A stretch of 64,000 nucleotides of DNA. It comes from an uncultured Gemmatimonadaceae bacterium. Its GTDB lineage: Bacteria; Gemmatimonadota; Gemmatimonadetes; Gemmatimonadales; Gemmatimonadaceae. This document shows positions 37,702 to 46,520 of this stretch, one piece after another. The notes beneath the pieces were generated by a model. The model was not told the origin of the DNA. It saw nothing but the letters and a program-made list of their open reading frames with translations, and searched no databases. Each line of letters starts with the position of its first letter. The first letter of the stretch is position 1. The position numbers were made by a program, and so were the translations under genes. The stretch lies in the NCBI GenBank assembly GCA_963740355.1, contig CAVUDW010000002.1:1824001-1888000 (forward strand), read 5' to 3'.

Positions 37702-38978
37702 CGTTCAGTACGCGCGATCGCCGTAGTCATTTTGCTGCTCACACCGAGCGCATTGGCGTGGGTGGTGAGCATCAGGTCTTCGGTGTGTTGTGACAGGGCC
37801 AGGCGCATCTCTTCTCGTGCGGGTTCGAGCTGTCCGTTGCGATAGAGGGCCCAGGCCATGAGGTCGTGGCCGTACACATCGTGGCGGTCCTGCAATTCGG
37901 CGCGTGCACGTCGCAGGACATCGGCACGTTGGGCGGCGGAGCCGTGGTCGAGGAGGTAGAGGCCCCATTGGCGGTGGATTGCGCCGGGCTGCGTGAGAAC
38001 GCTGATCGACATGGCGTTGGCGAAGGCGGCGGCCTGTGCGGAGTCGTTGATGGCGAGGTAGGCCTGACTTACCGTAGCCAGAGTGGTCGGATCGAGCTGA
38101 ATGTTCGTGGCTTGGTCGCCGTATGTGATGGCTTGGCGGTAGTCATTTCGCGCCAGTGCTGTGCGTGCGAGTCCGCCGAGGACGCGGATGTCGTTGGGGT
38201 GGCGTTGCAGAGCTGTGTGGAAGGCGGAGTCTGCTGCAGTGAGATTGCCAAGGCGCAATTCGAGTTCGCCGAGTCGGTAGTGGAACCAGGCCACCTGTTC
38301 GCGGGGGAGGTCATCGCGGCGGTCGACGTCGACGATCGCGCGTTTGAGCATGTCGCGCGCGAGTGAGGCGTTGCCGGTGACTTCGTGCCAGCGGGCGACG
38401 CGGGCGCCGACGGTGAACTGTTGGCCGCTCGAGTGCACGGCTCGGTAGTGTGTCGCTGCTGCCGGATACTCGCCGAGTTCGAGCTCGATTTCGCCCAGTA
38501 GTGCGAGGTGGGAGGGGGTGTTCGGCTCGAGCGAGTCGGCCTGGAGGGCGATCGTGTGTGCTTCCGTGAAGGCGTGTCGCGCCATGAGGATACTGGCGAG
38601 GACTTCGAAGGCGTGACCGTTGCGTTGGTTGCGGAGCGCGACCGATTCGCGGGCCAGTGTTTCAGCGCGTGCGAGGTCGGGGGCTGATCCGGTGATGCGG
38701 GAGCGTGTGAAGAGGAGGGAGGCGAGTGCGATGCGGTCGGTGGCGCCGCCGGGGTCTTCGCTGACGCGTTTGGCGTAGAACGCGATGTCCTTGTCGCGGA
38801 GTTCGGATTCGGATTCGGTGGTCGTGGACAGGGCAACGAGTGGGGTCGACGACGTGATGACTGGCTGCGAGTCTGTGCCCGCGCGCTGTCGGACGACGAC
38901 GGTCGTGAGTGCGGCCAGTGAGAGGCTGGCGAGGGCGAGGACGGCGAACCGGCCATTTGGGCGTGCGAGGCGTTGCAT
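37698..38978 (-). CDS. Exported/membrane-anchored TPR-repeat protein
   Basis: N-terminal TM/signal; TPR-like helices (LGEIELELGEY, LGELELRLGNL, MAWALYRNG). Confidence 0.85.
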   Translation of the reverse strand: MQRLARPNGRFAVLALASLSLAALTTVVVRQRAGTDSQPVITSSTPLVALSTTTESESELRDKDIAFYAKRVSEDPGGATDRIALASLLFTRSRITGSAPDLARAETLARESVALRNQRNGHAFEVLASILMARHAFTEAHTIALQADSLEPNTPSHLALLGEIELELGEYPAAATHYRAVHSSGQQFTVGARVARWHEVTGNASLARDMLKRAIVDVDRRDDLPREQVAWFHYRLGELELRLGNLTAADSAFHTALQRHPNDIRVLGGLARTALARNDYRQAITYGDQATNIQLDPTTLATVSQAYLAINDSAQAAAFANAMSISVLTQPGAIHRQWGLYLLDHGSAAQRADVLRRARAELQDRHDVYGHDLMAWALYRNGQLEPAREEMRLALSQHTEDLMLTTHANALGVSSKMTTAIARTER

Positions 38979-39059
38979 GTTCGCGTGGGTGAGGAGTGGC
39001 GACGGTCTGCGATGCCGCTGGATGGTGCGGCACCGCAGAGTCAGCCGAGTGGTGCGTGT

Positions 39060-39731
39060 TTAGAGCGTGGGGTCAGCGAGGTACGGGAAGCGCGTGGAGA
39101 ACGGCTTGTCGTTTTTCGGCACGTTGTCGGTGCAGAGCGGCAGTTGGCCGTTGTCGCAGTAGGCGCCGTTTGGTGAGACGACCTTGCCGAAGATGGCCGA
39201 GAGTCCCGCATCGACGACGTCGTCGCTGAGGTTGCGTCCGCCCCAGCCATTGGCGAGGGCCCACGAGAGCCAGCCGGAGGTGGATGGATTGCGCTTCGAT
39301 TCCACGATCAGCATGTCCGGATAGAGGACAGCGCCGAGTGTGTTGGCGACTTCGGGTTGTCCACCGCGAAAGGCGTTGATGAAGGCAAGGCTTTGCGGGC
39401 CGAACTCGGCCGTGTTGTAGGGCTGGGTGCGGTTGTAGCGATCGTGGTTGGCCTTCACGATCGTCACTTCGCTGACGAGCGGATTGCCGAGGAACTCCAC
39501 TTGTTCGTAGCGCATCTTGCGGCCGCGTTCGAAGAGGTCCCATCCGTCGTCGTCGAAGTCTTCGTTGCGGGCTGCGTAGACCTGTGCCAATACGTCCGGG
39601 TCGGTGATACTCGCCTGTTCGTTGGCTGAGTTGTCGCTACAGGCCGTGAAGAGCGAGGTGGAGGCGAGGGTCAAGATCATTGCGAGAGCGCGCGTGGCGC
39701 GGATGGCTCCCACTGAATTCTTCTGCAACAT
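39060..39731 (-). CDS. DUF4331-family lipoprotein (C-terminal half of the domain)
   Basis: Lipobox FTAC; EQVEFLGNPLVSE, PDML, GRNLSDDVVD, FPYLA. Confidence 0.85.
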   Translation of the reverse strand: MLQKNSVGAIRATRALAMILTLASTSLFTACSDNSANEQASITDPDVLAQVYAARNEDFDDDGWDLFERGRKMRYEQVEFLGNPLVSEVTIVKANHDRYNRTQPYNTAEFGPQSLAFINAFRGGQPEVANTLGAVLYPDMLIVESKRNPSTSGWLSWALANGWGGRNLSDDVVDAGLSAIFGKVVSPNGAYCDNGQLPLCTDNVPKNDKPFSTRFPYLADPTL

Positions 39732-39781
39732 GTGATTGTCTTCCTGAAGCTCGAGAGAATTGAAAAGATTGGGGGAGCGAA

Positions 39782-40534
39782 TCAGCGGATTGCGCGGCTG
39801 GTGGTGCCCCAGACGCCGAATCGACCGTTGGTGGCGGGGTTGGCGATCAGTGCCGTCGGGACTTCGACGACGATGGCCATGTCATTGATGCCGCGGAGGA
39901 AATCGACTGCGGGATCGGCGCCGATGGCGGAGCGGAAGGAGAGCGGGCCTTGCTGCGTGTTGGCCAGCGGTCCGCCTTCCGGGCGGCGGTCGGGCAGGAT
40001 GCGGAAGAAGGCTTCGAGGTCGATGAAGAACGGGTCATCGCGCGGGCCGGCGAAGAGCTTGATGCCGCGTCCTTCGATCACTGTGTTGGTGAAGCCAAAG
40101 AGCTTGACGCCGTCGGTGAGGGTGTTGACGGCGCCCACCTGTTCCGGGCGACGTGGGCCGCGCATGGAAACCAACTGACGGCGGCCCTTGCCGAGGAACG
40201 TGAACTGGAAGACCAGGTCTTCCTTCGCGTCGCCGGTGTTATCGATCTTGATCTGGTACATCTGCTGTTCGCGCGTGCCGAAGGTGAAGCTTGGCGTTTG
40301 CGCGGGCGTCAGCGGCGAACTCGTACCGAGGACGAGGACGGTGCGTGACGGGTCGGTCGGGGAGGGGAAGGCGTAGACGTCGTTGACGTCGAACCGGGGG
40401 GACATCTCGACCAGCGGTGTGTCCTGGTGGTCGGAGGCCATCACCTGTCGCACGGTCAGTCCCGTGGCGGTGAGGACTACTGCCGCGGCGGCCAGCGCCT
40501 TGAACGGCAATTGGGTGGGAATCCACTTCTGCAT
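39782..40534 (-). CDS. DUF4331-family exported protein (N-terminal half of the domain)
   Basis: ASDHQD, DVNDVYAF, IDNTGDA, FAGPRDDPFFID, VWGTTSR. Confidence 0.88.
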   Translation of the reverse strand: MQKWIPTQLPFKALAAAAVVLTATGLTVRQVMASDHQDTPLVEMSPRFDVNDVYAFPSPTDPSRTVLVLGTSSPLTPAQTPSFTFGTREQQMYQIKIDNTGDAKEDLVFQFTFLGKGRRQLVSMRGPRRPEQVGAVNTLTDGVKLFGFTNTVIEGRGIKLFAGPRDDPFFIDLEAFFRILPDRRPEGGPLANTQQGPLSFRSAIGADPAVDFLRGINDMAIVVEVPTALIANPATNGRFGVWGTTSRAIR

Positions 40535-40589
40535 TGGTGCTCCAGAAACGAAAAGAGAGATCGAAGTCGCGCGAGCCTACGCCCGGCGA

Positions 40590-40615
40590 TACGGCGGCCA
40601 ATCCCGACCGGATTG
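40590..40615 (-). promoter_or_regulatory. Candidate ECF-sigma promoter (CAATCC-N16-CGTA) for the DUF4331 operon
   Basis: Minus strand reads GCCAATCC ggtcgggattggccgc CGTA, about 55 bp before ATG 40534. Confidence 0.5.
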
Positions 40616-40701
40616 GCGAGCTCGACCATTCGATGTTTCTCGGCTCTCTACTGAGCTTCGCTTCTGGTTTCGCGCTCGCAATTGCAGCGGAGCGCGACGG
40701 C

Positions 40702-41583
40702 TTACAGGACCGTGCGGAGTCTCCAGATCTCGGGGAAGAGCACCACGTCGAGCATTTTGCGCAGGTAGCTCACGCCGCCGGTGCCGCCTGTGCCGCGCTT
40801 GAATCCGATGACCCGTTCGACTGTGGTCACGTGACGGAATCGCCAGAGTCGGAAGGCGTCTTCGAGGTCGGTCAGTTCCTCGCCCAGTTGGTAGAGATCC
40901 CAGTATTCGCGCGGGTTGCGGTAGACCGTGAGCCAGGCTTCCTCGACCTCGGCGGAGGCGACGTACGGTTGTGTCCAGTCGCGTGTCGTGTGCGACGCGG
41001 GCACGGCCAGTCCTCGACGGGCTAGCAGGCGCAGTGATTCGTCGTAGAGGGAGGGCGTTTCGAAGGCCGCCTGCACCAGTGCCATGCGGTCGGGGCGGTG
41101 GGCATGCGGCCGGATCATGACGCCGTTCTTGTTGCCCATCGCAAACTCGATGCAGCGATACTGGAAACTCTGGAATCCACTCGAGTTCGAGAGATAGTCT
41201 CGAATTGCACTGTATTCCGGCGGTGTCATCGTCGCCAGCACATCCCAGGCGTGCACCAGCTGCTCCATGATCTTCGAGACGCGGGCCAGCATCTTGAAGG
41301 CCGTCTGCAGGTCGTCGTTGGCCACGTGCGAGACGGCGGCCTGCAGCTCGTGCAGCATCAGCTTCATCCAGAGCTCACTCGTCTGGTGCTGGATGATGAA
41401 CAACATTTCGTCATGGGCCGGCGAGAGCGGCTTCTGGGCGCCGAGGATCGCATCCAGCTGCAGGTAGTCGCCGTAGCTCATGGCGTCGCTGAAATCGAGC
41501 TTGGCGTGCTCTGCGTGGACGATCGATTCCGGCGTGGAGTCGTCGTCGTACGAACCGGAGCCCATGTTGGCGTAGATGCACAT
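40702..41583 (-). CDS. kynA: Tryptophan 2,3-dioxygenase
   Basis: [45 protein letters not shown]. Start at 41583 or 41565. Confidence 0.96.
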   Translation of the reverse strand: MCIYANMGSGSYDDDSTPESIVHAEHAKLDFSDAMSYGDYLQLDAILGAQKPLSPAHDEMLFIIQHQTSELWMKLMLHELQAAVSHVANDDLQTAFKMLARVSKIMEQLVHAWDVLATMTPPEYSAIRDYLSNSSGFQSFQYRCIEFAMGNKNGVMIRPHAHRPDRMALVQAAFETPSLYDESLRLLARRGLAVPASHTTRDWTQPYVASAEVEEAWLTVYRNPREYWDLYQLGEELTDLEDAFRLWRFRHVTTVERVIGFKRGTGGTGGVSYLRKMLDVVLFPEIWRLRTVL

Positions 41584-41685
41584 ATCGGAAGCGTGACGGG
41601 GCGGATGGGGCGTGTCCTGTGCCCGAAAACTAAGGGTCGGCGCCGTCGGCAGCCGGTTAGACTTGGCTCGTCCTTGCCCGAGCGG

Positions 41686-41757
41686 CCGCCTGATCCGCCG
41701 CATGCCCGACCAATTGGCCTACCGCCTGCCCCGCCGCCTGACCCGCCGCCTGACCCT
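41686..41757 (+). repeat. 12-bp degenerate tandem repeat (CCGCCTGACCCG) in the kynA-dacB intergenic region
   Basis: Copies at 41722, 41734, 41746 and a separate copy at 41686. Confidence 0.65.
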
Positions 41758-41784
41758 GTTGCTCGCCGACCTCACGGAGCCGGA

Positions 41785-43344
41785 ATGCGCCGCCTTGTCC
41801 TCGCCGTTGTCGCTGCTGCCTGTGTCACCCCGGCCGTCGCCCGCGCGCAAAACGATCCCGCGCTCGCCGCGCGGATCGCGACCATCATCAACCGGCCGGA
41901 GTTCAGGCACGCGCTCTGGGGCATCGAAATCTACGACGCCGATGCCGGGCGACCGATTTATGCGCTGAACGAGGAGAAACTGTTCACGCCGGGATCCACC
42001 ACCAAGCTGCTGTCGGCCGGCACCGCGCTCGCCAAGCTTGGCCCCACGCACCGCTTCGCGACGAAGGTCTACCGAACCGGCGCCGTCTCGGCCAGCGGCA
42101 CGTTGACCGGCGACCTCGTTCTCGTCGCCAGCGGTGATCCCAACCTGTCGCAGCGCATTCAGCCCGATGGTTCACTGGCCTTCGAGAATCACGACCACTC
42201 GTACGGTGGCGCGCCGGATACCAAGGCGGTTCCGGGCGATCCGTTGGTCGTGATCAAGCAACTTGCCGCGCAGGTGGCGGCGAAAGGCATCAAGCGGGTG
42301 GTTGGTCGAGTGCTGGTGGATGCGACACTGTATCACGAAGGGACGCGGGAGCTGGGGACGGGCGTCGTGGTGTCGCCGATCATGGTGAACGACAACGTGA
42401 TCGACCTGCTGGCGGCGCCCGGCGACAAGGTCGGTGACCCGGTTCGCCTCACGGTGACCCCTGCGACTCGATACGTACGCATCGTGAATCGGACGCGCAC
42501 CGTGCCCTCCGATTCGTCCACGAGCATTGACGAAAGCGACAGCGTCGGTGCCGACGGCGTGGTGACGGTCACGGTGACGGGTGGTGTGCCGCTCGGTAAA
42601 GCATCGATCCTTTATGCGTATCCGGTGCCAGTGCCTTCGCGCTTCGCCGAAGTCGTGCTGACGGAAGCACTCGCCAGTGTGGGCGTGATCGTGCAAACAC
42701 CGGTGCGCAGCCCGAAGCCGGACTTCGCGAAAATCGCCGCTGGCTACACCGCCACGAACATGGTCGCCGAGCACATCTCGGCACCGGCGACCGAGATGGT
42801 GAAAGTCATTCTCAAGGTGAGCCAGAACATGCACGCGTCCAGCATGCCGCTGCTGATGGGGGCCATGTTCGGCACGAAGGGGCAGAACGGATTCGATGTC
42901 GAGCGTGAGTGGCTGCAGTCGGTGGGCCTCGACACCAAGGGCGCGCAGCAGGCGGACGGTGCGGGCGGTGATGCACATTTCACCCCTGCCTTCATGGTCA
43001 GCTATCTGCAGATGATGTCGAAGCGGCCGGACTTCCCGGCCTTCAAGGCGGCCCTGCCCATACTCGGCAAGGATGGGACGCTCTACCAGATCCAGCCGCA
43101 GTCGCCAGCGGCGGGGCATGTGTTTGCGAAGACCGGCACCTTCGCGCTCGGTGATCCGCTGAATCAGGGACTCCTCGTGACCGGGAAGGGACTCGCTGGT
43201 TACGCGACCACCGCGTCGGGGAAGAACCTCATCGTGGTGATCTACGTGAACAACGTCTTCGTCTCGTTCGCGCCCGACGAGGTGACGCGGGTGGTGGGGC
43301 AGGCCCTCGGCGAGGTCGCGGCCACAACGTGGGACATTCCCTGA
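41785..43344 (+). CDS. dacB: D-Ala-D-Ala carboxypeptidase/endopeptidase (PBP4, S13)
   Basis: STTK (SxxK), SQN (SxN), AKTGT; SGDPNL; signal peptide. Confidence 0.92.
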   Translation: MRRLVLAVVAAACVTPAVARAQNDPALAARIATIINRPEFRHALWGIEIYDADAGRPIYALNEEKLFTPGSTTKLLSAGTALAKLGPTHRFATKVYRTGAVSASGTLTGDLVLVASGDPNLSQRIQPDGSLAFENHDHSYGGAPDTKAVPGDPLVVIKQLAAQVAAKGIKRVVGRVLVDATLYHEGTRELGTGVVVSPIMVNDNVIDLLAAPGDKVGDPVRLTVTPATRYVRIVNRTRTVPSDSSTSIDESDSVGADGVVTVTVTGGVPLGKASILYAYPVPVPSRFAEVVLTEALASVGVIVQTPVRSPKPDFAKIAAGYTATNMVAEHISAPATEMVKVILKVSQNMHASSMPLLMGAMFGTKGQNGFDVEREWLQSVGLDTKGAQQADGAGGDAHFTPAFMVSYLQMMSKRPDFPAFKAALPILGKDGTLYQIQPQSPAAGHVFAKTGTFALGDPLNQGLLVTGKGLAGYATTASGKNLIVVIYVNNVFVSFAPDEVTRVVGQALGEVAATTWDIP

Positions 43345-43465
43345 CCTGAGGCGACCTCACTCCGTCGTGCGGGACGTCAGCTCGATGCCAGGCCGCAGCG
43401 GGGCAGAGATGATGGGGATCACCGGTGGCCGCGTTGCGACCGTGTCCGCTTCATATATTCTGCCG

Positions 43466-44803
43466 ATGCCTCAGCAGCGCCCGGAGCGGGAGACTGTCCT
43501 TCACAGCTGGAGCGTCCCCGCACTCTGGGATGCGCCGACGGTCGTTGGTGGCGCTGGCGCGTTCTTCTTCACCAGTGACGGACGCTCGATCCTCGACTTC
43601 AGCAGCCAGTCGGAGTGCTGCAATCTCGGCCACCAGCATCCTGGCGTGGTGGCAGCGATCAAGGCGCAGGCCGACAAGCTGTGCTACATCGCCAATGCGT
43701 GGGGTGCAGAGCCGCGCGCCGAGTTGGCGGAGCTGCTGCTCGAAAAGAGCGGCTTCGCGGGTGGGCGCGTGTTCTTCACGCTGGGCGGTGCCGACGCGAA
43801 CGAACATGCGGTGAAGTTCGCGCGACTGGCGGCTCGGCGGCCACGCGGCACGATCATCACTCGTGAGCGATCGTACCACGGTGCCAGCTACGCCGCGATG
43901 GCGCTTTCGGGTGATTCGCGCACACGCGCCCAGGTCAATCCAGCGCAGCACGGCGTGTTGCATGCGCCGCCACCCTACGCCTATCGCTGTCCCTTCGGTA
44001 GCACCGATGCCGAGGCCTGCGGACTCGCCGCTGCAGCGCGCGTCGGTGAAATGATCGACGACGCATCGGCAGCGGGTCTTCCGGGCGTCGCAGCGGTGTT
44101 GATGGAGCCCGATGCCGGCACCAATGGCATCGTGCCGCCGGCATCCTACTGGCCGGCGTTGCGCACCCAGACGCGCGCTCGCGGTGTGCTGCTGATCGCG
44201 GACGAAGTGATGAGCGGCTTCGGGCGCTGTGGCGATTGGTTTGCGTGGCAGCGCTCTGGAGAGGGTGGACGGCCCGACATGATGACGCTCGCCAAGGGGC
44301 TGACGGGTGCGCATGTCCCGCTTGGCGCAGTGGTGCTCTCGACTGACGTCGTGGCGCGATTGGAGCACGAGATGCTCTACACGGGGCTCACCTACTGCGG
44401 CCACCCGCTGGCGTGTGCTGCCGGTGTCGCCGCGGTGAAGGCGTACGACGCGGAGCAACTGATTGCGCGGTCGAGACGCCTGGGTGCCTCGATGTTCGAC
44501 GCGCTCGAGGGGTTGAAGCAGCGACACCCTGTCATCGGTGACGTGCGTGGCGGACATGGACTGTTCGCGGTGGTCGAGCTGGTCTCGGATCGCAAGACAC
44601 GTACGCCCATCGCGCTATGGCCCGAGATGGCGCCGGCGCTCAAGGCGCTGGTGCGTGACGCGCTGGACGCCGGCGTGGCGTTTGCGTCGCGCGGCAACCT
44701 GTTGATTTTGGCGCCGCCGCTGGTGATCGAGGAACGCGATCTATCAGACGCGATGTCGCTGCTCGACCGATTGCTGACCGTACACTTCCCATCTGGCACG
44801 TGA
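43466..44803 (+). CDS. Class III PLP aminotransferase
   Basis: NLGHQH, SYHG, IADEVMSGFGRCG, TLAKG, GLTYCGHPL. Confidence 0.92.
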   Translation: MPQQRPERETVLHSWSVPALWDAPTVVGGAGAFFFTSDGRSILDFSSQSECCNLGHQHPGVVAAIKAQADKLCYIANAWGAEPRAELAELLLEKSGFAGGRVFFTLGGADANEHAVKFARLAARRPRGTIITRERSYHGASYAAMALSGDSRTRAQVNPAQHGVLHAPPPYAYRCPFGSTDAEACGLAAAARVGEMIDDASAAGLPGVAAVLMEPDAGTNGIVPPASYWPALRTQTRARGVLLIADEVMSGFGRCGDWFAWQRSGEGGRPDMMTLAKGLTGAHVPLGAVVLSTDVVARLEHEMLYTGLTYCGHPLACAAGVAAVKAYDAEQLIARSRRLGASMFDALEGLKQRHPVIGDVRGGHGLFAVVELVSDRKTRTPIALWPEMAPALKALVRDALDAGVAFASRGNLLILAPPLVIEERDLSDAMSLLDRLLTVHFPSGT

Positions 44804-44851
44804 GATCGTGACGACCGAATCTCTCCTTCGTTCCTCGACACCGCTCGTCGG

Positions 44852-45709
44852 ATGACGCCGGAATTTCTTTCGCTGCGCGATGCGATGTCGCGATTCGTGC
44901 ACGATGGCATGACCGTCGCGCTCGAGGGGTTCACGCACCTGATCCCGTTCGCGGCAGGGCACGAACTGATTCGGCAGCGTCGGCGCGACCTGACGCTGGT
45001 TCGCATGACGCCCGACCTGATCTACGACCAGATGATCGGCATGGGCTGTGCGACCAACCTTGTGTTCTCGTGGGGAGGGAATCCTGGTGTTGGTTCGCTG
45101 CACCGTTTGCGTGACGCGGTCGAGAAGCAGTGGCCGCATCGTCTCGACCTCGATGAACACAGTCATGCGGGTATGGCCGTGCGTTATTCCGCGGGTGCCA
45201 GCGGCTTGCCGTTCGGAGTCCTGAAGGGGTATACCGGCACCGACCTGGCGAATGCCAACATCGAACGCATTGCGAAAGTCACCTGCCCGTTCTCTGGTGA
45301 AGTCGTGACGGCGTTGCCAGCACTCGCTCCCGATGTGACGATCCTTCACGCGCAGCAAGCCGATCGGGAAGGCAACGTCCTGCTGCGCGGAATCGTCGGC
45401 GCCAGTCGTGAAGCAGCGATGGCGGCGCGCACCCTCGTGGTCACGGTGGAGCAGCTGGTCGAGACACTCGACGCACCGATGAACGCCTTCGTCATTCCCG
45501 GTTGGCAAGTGAGTGCGATTGCGGAGGTCCCAGGCGGCGCCTATCCATCGTACGCGCTTGGTCACTATGCGCGGGACAATGCCTTTTATCTCGCATGGGA
45601 CGACATTGCCCGAACGAGGGAGGGCTTTCTGGCCTGGATGGAGCGCCACGTACTGGGCACGGCGGATCACGCAGCCTTCCTTCGCAGCGTCGGCGCGGTG
45701 AACGAATGA
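44852..45709 (+). CDS. Family I CoA-transferase subunit A (CatI/GctA-like)
   Basis: EGFTHLIP, RMTPD, SWGGNPGVGSL, HAQQADREGN. Confidence 0.92.
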   Translation: MTPEFLSLRDAMSRFVHDGMTVALEGFTHLIPFAAGHELIRQRRRDLTLVRMTPDLIYDQMIGMGCATNLVFSWGGNPGVGSLHRLRDAVEKQWPHRLDLDEHSHAGMAVRYSAGASGLPFGVLKGYTGTDLANANIERIAKVTCPFSGEVVTALPALAPDVTILHAQQADREGNVLLRGIVGASREAAMAARTLVVTVEQLVETLDAPMNAFVIPGWQVSAIAEVPGGAYPSYALGHYARDNAFYLAWDDIARTREGFLAWMERHVLGTADHAAFLRSVGAVNE

Positions 45710-46452
45710 CGGCCGTTTACACGCCCGATGAGATGATGACGATCGCGGCGGCACGTCGACTCCGGAACGGTGCCGTCTGTTTTGTCGGCATCGGCTTGCC
45801 CAGCGCGGCGTGCAACCTTGCGCGGCTGTCGCATGCGCCTGACCTGGTGCTGATCTACGAATCGGGAACCGTTGGGACACGTCCCACCGTGCTGCCGCTT
45901 TCGATCGGCGACGGTGAACTCGCCGAGACCGCCCGCTCGGTGATCCCGTTGCCGGAAATTTTCACGCACTACCTCCAGCGTGGTCGCGTTGATGTTGGCT
46001 TCCTCGGCGCCGCGCAGGTGGATCGCTTCGGGAACCTGAACAGCACCGTGATCGGCGCGTATGCGCATCCGACCGTGCGACTGCCTGGGGCGGGTGGTGC
46101 ACCGGAAATTGCCGCGCACGCGAAGGAGGTGTTCGTGGTGATGAAGCAGTCGGCGCGCACGTTCGTCGAGCAGCTGGACTTCGTGACCAGTGCCGGAAAG
46201 CCGAGCGCAATCATCACCGACCTTGGCGTGCTCGAACCTGCTGCCGGGTCTGGTGAGATGACACTCGTCGCCACGTATGACGGTGTATCGTCCGATGCGG
46301 TACGCGCGGCGTGCGGATGGTCGCTGCAGGTCGCGGACGAGGTCACGACGATTGCGCCGCCGACCGCGGCGGAGTTGGAGATCCTGCGTGCGTTGCAGCA
46401 GCGCACACGCGAAGCGCATTCGCAGCAAGTGAAGCTGACGCTCCCACGCTGA
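45706..46452 (+). CDS. Family I CoA-transferase subunit B (CatJ/GctB-like)
   Basis: FVGIGLP, catalytic Glu in IYESG, LGAAQVDRFGNLN, LPGAGGAP; ATGA overlap with subunit A. Confidence 0.92.
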   Translation: MTAVYTPDEMMTIAAARRLRNGAVCFVGIGLPSAACNLARLSHAPDLVLIYESGTVGTRPTVLPLSIGDGELAETARSVIPLPEIFTHYLQRGRVDVGFLGAAQVDRFGNLNSTVIGAYAHPTVRLPGAGGAPEIAAHAKEVFVVMKQSARTFVEQLDFVTSAGKPSAIITDLGVLEPAAGSGEMTLVATYDGVSSDAVRAACGWSLQVADEVTTIAPPTAAELEILRALQQRTREAHSQQVKLTLPR

Positions 46453-46520
46453 TCGCTGTTCGAGATTCAGTTGTCTCCTGATAGCCACTGCCTGATCCCG
46501 TGCGATAACCGAGTCCAACG

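Noticed and set aside
39732..39781. DUF4331 split as another sequencing frameshift
   Set aside because: The second ORF has its own start and lipoprotein signal after a real intergenic gap.
41098..41784. N-terminal extension of dacB (748-aa ORF)
   Set aside because: Antisense to kynA; RBS and signal peptide point to ATG 41785.
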